A stretch of 64,000 nucleotides of DNA from assembly GCF_009914755.1 (NCBI RefSeq), contig NC_060932.1. One strand, written 5' to 3'. This document shows positions 46,385 to 61,299 of this stretch, in pieces. Position 1 is the first letter of the stretch; every line of letters starts with the position of its first letter. This DNA is from the human T2T-CHM13v2.0 reference genome, Homo sapiens. A program made the translations under genes and the position numbers. Below the pieces are notes generated by a model. That model had not been told where the DNA came from, did no database searches, and worked only from the letters and a program-made list of their open reading frames with translations.

Positions 46385-46799
46385 CAGATTGGAACATAGG
46401 AAATTGCCTTTTTTAAAGTCAAAATGGCCGGGTACAGCGGTTCACGCCTGTAATCCCAGCACTTTGGGAGGCTGAGGTGGGAGGATCATCTGAGGAAAGG
46501 AGTTAGAGACCAGCCTGGCCAAGATGGCGAAATCCCATCTCTACTGAAAATACAAAAATTGGCTGTGGTGGCGTGTGCCTATAATCTCAGCTACTCAGAA
46601 GGTTGAGGCAGGAGAATTGCTTGAACCCAGGAGGCGGAGGTTGCAGTGAGCCAAGATCACACCATTGCACTCCAGCCTGGGCAACAGAGCAAGTCTCCAT
46701 CTCAAATACTACTATTACTGCTAATAATAATAATAATAAATAAAATAAAATAAATCAAAATGAGTAGAATGTTGGCAAGTTCATGTAGTTTCAACTTAT
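46385..46799. mobile_element. MADE2 mariner MITE split by an Alu
   Basis: Arms gattggaacataggaaattgcc (left) and ggcaagttcatgtagtttcaactta (right) are degenerate inverted repeats matching recalled MADE2. Confidence 0.65.
46426..46752 (+). mobile_element. AluSx-like
   Basis: Dimeric Alu with (taa)n tail; flanks tcaaaat on both sides. Confidence 0.9.
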
Positions 46800-46944
46800 A
46801 ACATTCATGGGTCTCCCTACAGCTGTCTTATGAACCTTCCATAGCCCCCGACACTTAGAGGACTCAAGGCACTGCTGAAGAGAGGAGAGGATGCAGGAGA
46901 TAGCTTCAGAGAGCTCACAATCTAATTCAAGACTCAGAAAATCA

Positions 46945-47245
46945 GACCAGGCACCGTGGTTCACACCTGTAATCCCAACACTTTAGGAGGCCCAGGCAAG
47001 AGGATCACTTGAAGCCAAGAGTTCAAGACCAGCCTGGGCAAAATAGTAAGACCCCGTCTCTATAAAAAAATAAAAAACTCATCAGGCATGGTGGTGCACA
47101 CCTGTAGTCCCAGCTAGTTGGGAGGTTGAGGCAAGAGGATCAAACGCTTGAGCCCAGGAGTTTGAGGCTGCAGTGAGCTATGATTGCACCACTGCACTCC
47201 AGCCTGGGTGAAAGAGGAAGACCCTGTCTCTAAAAAAGGAAAAAA
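46945..47245 (+). mobile_element. AluJo
   Basis: Dimeric Alu; TSD aagactcagaaaat. Confidence 0.9.
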
Positions 47246-47344
47246 AGACTCAGAAAATTAAGTTGGTTCTTGTGTTATTCCTGACTCAGAAAAATCAGAA
47301 CTCAGTTCTGCAGTTCTCTAGTCTTTACACGGAAGATTCCTTAA

Positions 47345-47972
<628 letters not shown>

Positions 47973-47999
47973 CAGGAAGGTAGATATCAGCTTAATATA

Positions 48000-48240
48000 A
48001 ATAACAATAACTATTGTCATGATGTTTATTATGTACAGGTCCCATTATAAAGTCTTGCAACATAAACTCATTTACTTCTCACAGCAACTTTCAGGTAAGA
48101 ACTATTATTACTCCAATCTCACAGATCAGGAAACTGAGTCACAGAGAGGAGAAATTACTTTGCTAGTATCGCACAACCAGTCAATCATAGGGCTGAGATG
48201 GGAATCCAGGCAGTTTGGCTCTTGAGTCCATGATGGTAAC
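48000..48240 (-). mobile_element. MIR
   Basis: ctcatttacttctcacagcaact...acagatcaggaaactgagtcacagagagg...gaatccaggcagtttggctc. Confidence 0.75.
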
Positions 48241-49005
48241 CTCTGCAATGAAACATATGCGATAACTTGATTCATATGTCAGTGGCAAAATATAAAGAAA
48301 ATCAAGGAGTGATTAACACCAGAACTTGGGAAGGGAGACATCTGTGGGAGGAAGGAAGGTAGGGGACGTAACAGGAACAGGAGGTGTGCGTGCCAGGCGT
48401 CAAAGGCCTGCTTGCATTCTATGCCTTAACATGGTGAGGAATATATACAGATGTTCGTTCTATAATGCTATCATCCTCCAACTGTACACACACATTTTAC
48501 TCACTCTTTGATGTATATGATACGCCTCACAGTTTTAAAATTTTTTGGAAGGAGTAACTGGAGCTGTCAAACAATGGCAGCCACGGCCTCTGGAGAGGAT
48601 GAGCGCCCCCTCATGGAGAGGACAAGAACAGCCATTCTCCTCCATCAGGCACAGGGCAGGTGCGAGGTAGAAGGACCTCAAAGTTTACTTCTATTCAGAC
48701 TCTAAGCTTCTTCCTAAAGTCACATTCTAGAATTCACAGGAAGGAAGAAGTCCACATTACCTGAGACTTCGTAGCCACGCCTTTATAGAGTGATGCAGAA
48801 TTAACATTTAAGGTTGACAGAAGTGCCCCACTTGAGAAAATATACCAGAGCACAGTTTACAGTGACAGAGGGTACTGAGGGAGTCCTTGGTATATTTCGA
48901 GAACTTTCATTGTATGTAACTGGTACATTAATACTGATGCAGAAAAAAATGGGGGCCACTCCAGGAAACAGGTGATGCCACTTGCCTCGGAGGAGACTGC
49001 AGTAA

Positions 49006-49336
<331 letters not shown>

Positions 49337-49644
49337 TGATGTGTAGACAGCTAGTGTTGCTAAGGCAAGTCTGGGTGTGAAAGGTTCAAACCATTTTGGG
49401 GTATCTTGACAACAGCTATGTGAGATGAAGACTTAGACCCCTAATCACCAAGAAAGCCAGGTTGATGCGCAAGGCAATTCAACAAGCATGTTCCTGAGAG
49501 GCTGTAGATCATTGGGTCCCACACCAAACCAGCTGAATCAGAATCTCTTCTGAGTCGAGCCTAGAAATCTGCATTTCTACAAATCGCATCGCCCACTCTG
49601 TGCTTCTGATTGAGGTATTCTGGGACCATGGTAAGACAACCAGG

Positions 49645-49865
49645 TAAATTAGGAACAAAGATTTGTAATCACACAAACCTGGATCAAATATGGTTTCTGC
49701 ACTTACTTGTTGCATGGTCTTGAACAAGCTATTTGACTTCACTGAGCCCTAGTAGTCCCATCTGTAAAACTGGGTGATGATATTACTTACCTCTCAGAAT
49801 TACTCGGAAGATTTAATTAGAGATTGTATATAAAATACAAGCACTTGGCTATAATAAGCACTCAA
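49645..49865 (+). mobile_element. MIR
   Basis: cacttacttgttgcatggtcttgaacaagctatttgacttcactgagcc...catctgtaaaac. Confidence 0.7.
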
Positions 49866-50017
49866 AATCTTTCACGACATTTATTCACTGTCATTTGTGA
49901 GTATCCATAATCTGGAAGACAACGTGGGGAAGAGGCAGAGGGAAGAATACCAAAAAAGAACAGCCCCCTCCCTTCAAGGAAATTCTCTCTAGTGGGGCTG
50001 CTTTTAAAGCTTTCCTA

Positions 50018-50325
50018 GGTCAGGAATGGTGGCTCACACCTGTAATCCCAAATTTTTGGGAGGCCACGGTGGGAGCATCACGTGGGCCCCGGAATTCAAA
50101 ACCAGCCTGGACAACATAGCAAGACCTGTCTCTCCAAAAAATAAAAAATGAACCAAGCGTAGTGGTGTGTGCTTGTAGTCCCAGCTACTTGGGAGGCTGA
50201 GGTGGGAGGATTGCTTGAGCCCAGGAGTTCAAGGCTGCAATGAGCTATGCTCGTGCCACTGCAGCCTGGGTGACAGAGTAAGATCTTGTTGAAAAAATAA
50301 AAATAAAAATAATAATAATAATAAA
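50018..50325 (+). mobile_element. AluJo
   Basis: Dimeric Alu with (taa)n tail. Confidence 0.88.
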
Positions 50326-51449
50326 ACTTTCTTATAAACTTATCAGGAAAATAAATTCTCACCTTTTTTCTAGGGTTATCAAGGCATTACCAGCCTGTGT
50401 TAAAGACATTTTAAACCTTTGATCTTATTTGGGAGACACCTTTATAGGTTGGAGGTGGGTGGGAAATCTACTGAGACCGTGTATAAGCCAGAAAACACCT
50501 CCTTTGAACCAGACTGGGGACTATGAGTGACATTAAACTATCGATTGACCATAAGTTTACCAGCCTATGCCCTGTTTATCCTACTGACCCCTTTGTGCCA
50601 ATTGATTTAATGCCAGAAAGCACTACAGCCTTAGGGAATGTGCAACAGTGCTATTGGCCTCTGTTTGTCAAACTCCCTTTTATGGGGACAGTGGCTCCCA
50701 GGACCCTATTCCCATCTATCTGCTCAGTAAGAGGAGAGCAGGGAAATCATGTCAGTCTCCTCTGACGCACTTGGACCATGCTCTTGCAAAGCCCATCCCC
50801 TCTAAAGGGAAAATGAGCCCCCGGTGAAAACACATCTGATTCTTCAAGTTTCTGTGAGCTAAGCATTTGTAACTACTATTGCTAATTCTCTGTGCCAATG
50901 AAGGAATATCAGTAGCAGCTTTATTTCAAAATGATAATTAATCCAGAAATTGCTACCTGGGGATAGCAAGTTCTAAGACTGCACAATTCTTCAAATAAAT
51001 TACTCTATTCAAACTGACCCAGAGAAAGCTAAAAAGTTGTACACCTGCCCTAATCTGAACTCTTCCCACATCTGTGTCCATTCTAGAGCTAAGCAGCTGT
51101 GTCCATTCTAGAGATAAGCAGCAATCCAGGATTGATGGAAAGCCATCCAAAGCTGATTCTCCTTCTCTCTCATTTGAACCTGGTTGGGGCAATACACAAG
51201 GGTTTTAGTTCAGAAGACCTCTTAGTAAAACTAAAGACTGCATAGAAGCATACCTGTACATGAGAGCTAGTGAATTCATTGATGTAAGAATTTTATGACC
51301 TTGCTAATTATGTGGAGAAGAAATTTAAATCAAGATTTTTTAAGGAGGAACAATAGTTGGATAATCCATCATCAGATAAGTGGCAACTGATTAGTAGGAA
51401 AGAGTCATGATTGATAGTTATGATGCTTACCTTGGTAAGGTGGATCTCA

Positions 51450-51599
51450 CTGGATCCTCTGGGTAGATATTTAAAATATTGATGCCAGATCCTATCCCCA
51501 GACCAATTACATCAGAATTCCTGGGGATAGGACCCAAGCACCAGTATTTTTAAAGATTCCCAAGTGGTTCTAATTGGCAGCTTGGTCTGAGAATGTTGC
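51450..51599. mobile_element. MER5A1/MER5-like
   Basis: aaaatattgatgcc...ccccagaccaattacatcagaat...agtatttttaaagattccc. Confidence 0.7.
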
Positions 51600-51904
51600 C
51601 TTTGCTAGCAGAGTTTACTTACCTGAAGCAGTAAATGCTGCTTTTAAAGTAATTTGACTTTTTCCCTTTAGCACCAGAGGAATCAAGTTGATTAATTAAC
51701 ATTTTCCAAACAACAGCAATGAATTAACTGCTGCTAATGTTCAGGCCATGGAATTAGACGTGACTCCCATACATCAGACTCATCTCCCCAGATAGAAGCT
51801 TGAACATAGGTTTCCGAGAACGAGGGCTTAGCAAACAACAATCAGAGATAGATTGACCTTAGCTGAGCAAGCACTATGTAGGGAGCAAAAAGACAAAATT
51901 ACAA

Positions 51905-52814
<910 letters not shown>

Positions 52815-54706
52815 TTAAGAAAGGATAAATTTTCATGAGAAAGAGGTGAAACTTAAGGAAGACCATTAAGGAGACCATGGCAGTAATTTGTTAAACCTTT
52901 TCTTTAAACAGTTCTTTAACAGTTACATATGGATGAGGACTCCATGTCCTCCAAAATACCCCATTGATAAGTGAAACATTTAAACAATAATTATACAGAT
53001 AAGCTGAATTTTCTTCTTAAATTACCTTCATTTTCCACCAGATTAGCAAGAATCCCAGAGACACAGCCATAGCGCGAGAACCACATGTCATGTGGACTGA
53101 ACTATGCAATATGTATTGCCGAATTTCAGAGAGAGATTCAACAGAAGGGAGGGGAGGTCTCTTTGTCTAGTTTTAATGATAGGTAAAGGCATGAGGCCAT
53201 AGTCTTTCCTTCTGTTATCCCAAAGCCCGTGAGTGGTGTGGACACAGCCTTGATAATAGGGACCCAGAGACTGAGACTAAAGTCAAGTGTGAACTTTACA
53301 ATTGCTGATTGTGTGTTCTGAGAGACAGAGAAAGAGACAGAGATCTGAAAAGAGAAATGGAAGAGGCTGTGTGTCTTGGGGTAGTCTTTAGTGAAGAAAA
53401 TCCCCTCTCTCTGATCATGGACAATAGTATTGATGGGACCAAGTTGATTCTCTTTTTCATTAGAAAATAGGCTTCTCCTAGAAGTGAATCTTGAAGAATT
53501 TGAAAGAGGGAGTGTGGTCTACTAGGCAAGAAGTAGGAGGTTTAAAAAAACAAACAAGCAGTCTATAAATACATAGACTATAAATACATAGCACACATAC
53601 ACCTCATCTCTAACAATCAGCACGTTATTGAACAGGGTGTACAAATTGGACTTGGGTTAAATTAAATCTATTTTAAGCCCATTCTGGGAGTTTGCTATTT
53701 AAAGAAATCCTTTGTAAAGTGGATAATCACCCACTAATTAAGCTTTTGTTAAATCTGGAGTTCTACGAAGCTAAAGTTCCCAAACTGACTGTGCTGGAAA
53801 GATCATCCCACAGATATCTGGTAGAGTACAACTTGTCTGTGTGCCAGAGAACCAACCTCTGTTAGGAAACCCACCTTCAAAAAGAAATGGAATCCTGTCC
53901 TTGCGGAAAATGAGTGATGGACAGGGAAAAGAACCCATAACGTGGTGACTAGAAGAGAACCTGGGACCCAGGGGTCAAGTGGAGCAGTGGGAGCTGGTAA
54001 AGAAACAGCAGATGAGTTTGTTGGCAGCAAATGGGACATAGACAGCAGAGAGAGTGAATGACCACAGAGGACAGGGAGATTATACTTGGATTATTACTAA
54101 AACCTTCTCTTTTTTTCTTGTGACAGCATCTCTTACCAATACTAAATCTTTCTTGTCTCTAACCTCCGGATTTCTAAAGCCGATATCCAGAATGTTTCAA
54201 AATACATTAATCCAGTTACCTTTGTGGCATCTGTGAGTTCTTAACTAACTAGAGAAACATTCTGGTTGGGTGCAATGTAATATACGAGTAATTTAGTGTT
54301 AATCGAGTGATCTTGCATATCTTGACTCTAAGCACCGAAAGGGGACAGCCTTCTCGCTGGCCTCCTTAGATCGCCCTCACAGAAAAGAGGGAGTTTAAAT
54401 GAAAAACTGAAAGATGGAGGAAGTTTGGTAATTGGGAAAGGGAGATAGGAAAAGGCAATCAGAGTTAAAGCCAGAGGCATAGCTACATAAGACCCTCTCT
54501 TTTAATTACCAAGCACAAGTCGTGGGCTCTCCAATGGAAAGACCTACCCAGACATAAGCCTGGAATGGGACCCCAAGAAAGGACCCAGGGTGAGGAGCTG
54601 AGGACTGAGCAGTTCCACTTCCCAATAGTGATCTAGGATCACCATATCCTCCTTAGCCACTCACACAGTCCATACACTGGACTCCCTCTGCCTACATCCC
54701 AAGACT

Positions 54707-54928
54707 GAATGAGAAGGAAATTGTTCCTTCGTTCAATAAATATGTATTGAGCCCCAAATAATATTGGGGCAGGAGGTTTGAGAATTACTCCTTTGCCTTC
54801 ACAAAGAGTTTGCATGGAATGAGAAGGAAATTGTTCATTCGTTCAATAAATATGTATTGAGCCCCAAATAATATTGGGGCAGGAGGTTTGAGAATTACTC
54901 CTTTGCCTTCATAAAGAGTTTGCATGGA
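54707..54928. repeat. 110-bp direct tandem duplication (2 copies)
   Basis: 54707-54816 versus 54817-54926 differ at 2 positions. Confidence 0.97.
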
Positions 54929-55022
54929 GTGGGAAGATTATGAGAAAGGCTAAGAAATAGTTCTGTAGGTCAAAGAAAAGCAGGTCTCAATTTAAGTAAA
55001 TTGGATGTTAGAAAAAAGTTTA

Positions 55023-55326
<304 letters not shown>

Positions 55327-56244
55327 TTTTGACCCCAGGGCTGTTAAACATTGCAGCGGGCTCCTTCTAAGGTCATAGAGATAGAGGGATTTCCAAAGAA
55401 GCCTTCCTGAGTGATGTGTGATTTGGAGGACAGGATAAATACTTGGTAGCTTCCTCACAGGTGGAGGTGAACCGGATCAGAGCCCTTTTTCTGAGACTGT
55501 CATCTGCACAGCCCTCCTGCTGCATCTGCCCCTCTTCACCTCACCAGGTCCTGCAGAAGAGAGAGGCTGGGAGGTCTCAGAAAGGTGGGAGATAGAGAAG
55601 CACTGGCCCAGGAAATCAAAAGAGAAATCAAGGGATCAAAAACTCCAGTAGATGGACCAGTGAAAGGGTCAGAAAGGGGTTAAGTAGAGTCGAAAGAAGC
55701 TCCATTTAGATTTCAACCAAGATCAGTACCAGCTATTTCTCAAAAGCTTTTAAGACAGCACGTAACTTAGCAACTGACCTATGTTTGTTTTTTGTTTTTG
55801 TTTTTACCCATGTCAGTTTCTCAGTAGTTACTATCAGCAACAACAACAACAACAAAAATGCTTGGAATTGTGCATTTACTGAGAGATGGGAAGCAAGGAA
55901 GAAAAATTATGGGCTATGTCCTGTTTGGCAAGGTTGTGTCAAGACAGGACACCAAAAGAGATGAGCCAAACATCCAACCCTTGGGATTCTCAGAAGAAAA
56001 ATTAAGGCCTGAAGGCTGTCCCTGAGCCCAGAAATGCTCTTAGGAGAGTACATCCCAGAAGAAGGCCCTGGTGGCACATTTCCTTGAGATGCTTCAGGAA
56101 AGAAGCACTTGCAGGTTTTACTTCTCACTTACCTAAAAATCAGCACCAAACTAGGCAAGTTGTCTACACAGACTCCTTTGTTGTATTCCACATTTCCCAG
56201 ACAAGTCATCGCCCTGGACCAAAGAGACTAGGAGAGAGTTCAGA

Positions 56245-56566
<322 letters not shown>

Positions 56567-56741
56567 CCAGACTCTTTTATAGCTGACTTGAACCGCAGCC
56601 CTCCATCCTCACCAGACTCAGCTCTCCCCTTAGTGAAGAATGTTTTGAAAGGCCATAGCCTATGAGCTCTCCCAATCGTCAGGGATGACTTTTCACTGGA
56701 ATGATAGAAATAGCCACATTACTTGCAAATTACACACATGT

Positions 56742-56765
56742 ACACACACACACACACACACACAC
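56742..56765. repeat. (CA)n microsatellite
   Basis: Directly visible, about 12 units. Confidence 0.95.
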
Positions 56766-56869
56766 CTTGACCTCTTTGCTGTGCGGCAGAGTCAAGCAGC
56801 AGGAGTTCGCTGTGGCTGTTGCAGGGACAGCTCCCCGGCTCCTCAATAGCTAGGTGGCATAATGTGCAT

Positions 56870-56896
56870 ATCAGCACCACACTGGCGGACAGCTCA
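56870..56896 (+). promoter_or_regulatory. Candidate non-canonical (expanded-spacer) RE1/NRSE REST-binding site
   Basis: ATCAGCACC + 8-nt spacer acactggc + GGACAGCTCA. Confidence 0.6.
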
Positions 56897-57124
56897 TAGC
56901 AGACCCATCCTTGCGCTTTTCCCAGAAATTTGTTCAAAACTCTCAGTCGGTCATGGGAGGGAAGCAAACTTCCTAATTGTCCGCTCAGCCACTCCTTTCA
57001 CTATGCCTTGAGGCAGAGCAAAGAAGTTCTGTGACTCTAATCTTAAGGAGGGCTCTCACGCTTCCTTCCCCAAGGACAGCCACGTACCTTTGAGAGAGTT
57101 AGGCGCCTCAAGGCGGGTGGTTAC

Positions 57125-57501
57125 TGCACTGGTTTAGACCTCAGTGATGCCATGAGGAATTCAAGGCCTTTCTATCTTTCCACTGTGCCTTCATTTGCTA
57201 ATGATTTTTGTCATCTAACAGTCTCAGGATAGCTGACCCTGCTCCAGATGCCACGTCCATATTTAGGAAAGACAGACAGACGGGAGAAGGGAAGTCATTC
57301 CAGCCACATCTGTTCCATTTTATTAGTTCTTGAAACACCCAGAGAGTTCCAATTGGGCCTCAGTGGTTAGTACTGTCAGAAGACCACTTCTAGCTGCAAA
57401 GGAAGCTGGGAGAGGGAATATTTAGGTTTCCCAGCTTTTGTAGTTAAAGGACATGGCGGGGGCGTGGGGGTTTCATGTAATCATCTAATGCATCTGCCAC
57501 A
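57125..57501 (-). mobile_element. Old MLT1 (J/K/L-like) LTR remnant
   Basis: ctcagtgatgccatgagga...ctttctatctttccactgtgcc...ctagctgcaaaggaagctgggag...catctgccaca. Confidence 0.6.
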
Positions 57502-59431
57502 AACAAAAAACATCACTGCTGTGAGGCTACTTCCTCATCTGTAAAATGCAGTCATTCTAGCATTTATTTAGTAGGGATGGTGTGTTCTCTACACATGTGA
57601 TTCTCATAGGATGCAGGACACACAGGCCCATAGATCCCAGGACAAGCGCTGAGAAGTCCCTAGGCACCTCAGGAGATGAGCAAACAAAACTCTGGGCCAC
57701 AATGTGGTGCTAATGTCTATAAAGAACCTTTGAGGCTACAGCAAGGCACGTCAATATAAATGTCATCAAAAGTGTGAGTCCTTTCTATGGGCAGGAAGGA
57801 AGGAAGCAGGCAGGAAGCAGATCTGGGAAGGGCACCTTAGTGAAAAGGAATCAGGATCTTGCTTACCCACTAGGTATTATGAAGTATCCAAGTGAAATGC
57901 AGAGCCAATATTTTGGGGAGCAGACCATTAGAGGAGGAGGTTGGTGGGGGCAGATGCAATGCAGGGGGCTGTGATCTCGCTGAGAAATCCAGGCATGGCC
58001 CATCCACCTGCATTTCACGGTGTGGAGAAAATGGCAGTCTGTCTTTGCAGACATCCAGCCCCAGTGCCCCTTTACATGGTGACGTGCATAGCCACCGTGC
58101 CCTTTCCTGGCCAAAAAGTACTCTTCACTGAGAACCGTTTCTGAACAGCCTGCTTGTTGGTATAGCCAACAAAATGAAGCTTCTTTATTCAGCCAAGAGA
58201 CTGAACTCACATCAACTTTCTACCAGGCACCGTGGGAGACACAGAGAAACCTGGAAGAACAGATACTGACAGAAATGACAACTTTTGTTAAGTACCAACT
58301 TCCTGTCAAGCCCAGTGCTAGGAGCTTTGGGTCCGTCACCCTATTTGGATTTCAGAGATCACTGTCACAAAGTGAAAAGCAATAAATTGCCCTGAGAAAT
58401 GCAGATGATAATGAGGATAGTAATGATCACAACAGCTAACAGATGTTGAGTGTTTACTGTGCACCAGCTACTGTCCTAAGCATTTTGCACGTATCGCCTC
58501 CTTGAGCTAATGTACTATACAGAGGTCTCTTAATGTTTCCCCCTCCCTTTCTCAGTTTCCCCCTAATCATCCCAGCTTCCCCTTCCTAAGTTTCCCTCCA
58601 GGGCCTCTGAGCCTGTCTTTGGTCTCAGTCCATAAAGTGATTCTGGGAAAGAGAAGAGGTTGGTGGAACTCCCAAAAAGCTGAGTACCCCCCAGGGTGGT
58701 GTGGGTTGGTGCCTTGGCCCAAACGGAATTGTCCAAGGAGAAGAGCAGGGAAGAGCAGTTCCCCTGGAGAACAGAGAATGGATGCATTAAGGAAGAGGCA
58801 ACCTCAGGAAGTGATCCATCACCCGTGTCATCTAAAATGGAGGTGGGAAGAATCAGAGGACAGCGACAGACAGAAAGCAGCCCCCTGATGAGTGCCCAGA
58901 AAAATGAAACGATGAGCTCTTCACAGTTCTCCCCACCTCTGACTCGCCGGGTTCCACCCACAGACTCAGAGCCCCTCCCAGGAGCCGGGTGGTGAGGTCA
59001 GCCTGGCTCAAGGCGAGGACTCCAAGTTTTAAGCCCAATTAGACTCTCTCTTTGCTACTTGACCCTTGCTCTCTTAAGTAGTGTCTACACAACCCCAAAT
59101 CATCTTATCAGTCGAATCCGAAAATTCAGCCAGTCATTTACCTAGAGGTCTGGGCTCCAAATCTTTGGACCAGTTTGAAAGGATGCTTTTATTGGATTGA
59201 TTAAATTGACCAGATGGTTTTTTCCTTCATTTTGGCATGCCCTCAGGTCCATATCTGGTTACAGCATTTGAGCCTGAGGGTAGGGATGAATGAGGAGTGA
59301 ATATGCATCTTTTAAACACAGGGTTCTGCTTACTGCACTTTGCTTTAATAAATTAGAGTAAGCCCACTAGGTTGCTGTGAACCACATCTATGGAAACAGA
59401 CTCCTCCCTGTTGATGAGCCTTCTTTAGTAA

Positions 59432-59776
<345 letters not shown>

Positions 59777-60094
59777 TAAGGCCCTTCCACTTATCTATTT
59801 CTGCTAAAGCAGAACAATTTCTGAAATATATGCAAGAGGATTGTGGGATGAAACAAGGGGATTTTTCCAAGACTAATAAGGGACTGTTGGTATAAGTTAG
59901 AATTGGAACAATATGCCAACTGTAGCAAGCAGCCTCTAAAACAGCCCCCAAATGTCCCCGCCTCCTGGTATTCACACCCTTGTGTAATTATCTCACTTTG
60001 AGTGTGGGCTGGGTTTAATGACTCACTTCTGAAGAACAGAATATGGCAGAAGTGATGGTATGTCACTTCCAAGAGTCAGTTATAAAAAGTCCAT

Positions 60095-60381
60095 GGCCAG
60101 GTAGAGTGGCTCACTCCTATAATCCCAACATTTTGGGAGGCAGAAGTGGGAGGATTACTTGAGTCCAGGAGTTCAAAACAAGGCCAGGGCAATATAATGA
60201 GAACCTTATCTCTCCAAAAAAATTAAAAATTAGCTGGGCACGTTGGTACATGACTGTAGTCCCAGCTACTTGGGAGGCTAGGGCGAGAAGATCCCTAGAG
60301 CCCAAGAAATCAAGGCTGCAGTGATCACACCCCTGCACTCCAGCCTGGTTGACAGAGTGCGATCTTGTCTCTAAAAATAAG
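60095..60381 (+). mobile_element. AluJo
   Basis: Dimeric J-type Alu. Confidence 0.88.
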
Positions 60382-60417
60382 TGTTTTAAAAATTTACAAG
60401 TTAAAAAAAGCACTATT

Positions 60418-60537
60418 GGCTGGGCAGTGACTCACACCTATAATTTCAGCACTTTGGGAGACTGAAGTGGGAGGACTGTTTGAGGCCAGGAGTTTGAGAC
60501 CAGCCTGGTAACATAGCAAGACCCTGGCCCAAAAAAC
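60418..60537 (+). mobile_element. FLAM / Alu left monomer
   Basis: Left arm only with short A tail. Confidence 0.8.
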
Positions 60538-61110
60538 AGGACTGTTGTTTCCTTCTGGGGTTCATGCTTGCTCTCTCTAGAGCAAGGCAAGCACCACGTC
60601 ACGAGGCAGCCCTATGGAGAGGCTCACGTGGCAACACCTTGAGGCTTGCCAACAGCCAGGAGAGTGAGCAGAAAAGCAGACCTACCCACTTTGGGCTGTG
60701 AGCCCTTGGCCAACACCGTGACCCCCTGACTGCAGCCCCATGGGGGACCTTGAGCCAGAGTCACCAACTCAGCTGCCCCTGGCAACCTGACCCACTTATA
60801 AACTGTGAGATAATAAATGTTTGTTGTTTTCAGCTGCTATATTTTGGGTAATTTTTGATGCAGCAATAGATAGCTAATATCCTGATTTTCACATGTATCA
60901 ACCCCCCAGCTATTAGATCTCTATTAGATCTCCCCACATTCACTTAGATGTTAGCACACACATTCATTCAGTTCAACAGACACACACATGTAGGTATTTC
61001 ATACACATTAGGATGCTAAACATATCACTCAACGATAAAATGTTATTTAAATGTACACAAAGGTTCTCAGATGGCATCTTACCCCAGGCTCCCGAAAAAG
61101 CAGAGCTTGA

Positions 61111-61299
<189 letters not shown>

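Larger units (their letters stand above)
59921..60880 (+). mobile_element. MLT1F-like MaLR solo LTR interrupted by AluJ and FLAM
   Basis: tgtagcaagcagcctctaaa...cctcctggtattcacacccttgtgtaat ... gagataataaatgtttgttgtttt...gcagcaatagatagctaata. Confidence 0.85.

Noticed and set aside
53561-53591. 15-bp tandem duplication; similar 11-bp one at 60910-60931 and 8-bp one at 1961-1976
   Set aside because: Ordinary slippage-scale duplications with no functional signal.
54707-54928. CRISPR-like array
   Set aside because: Only two contiguous copies, no unique spacers, eukaryotic context.
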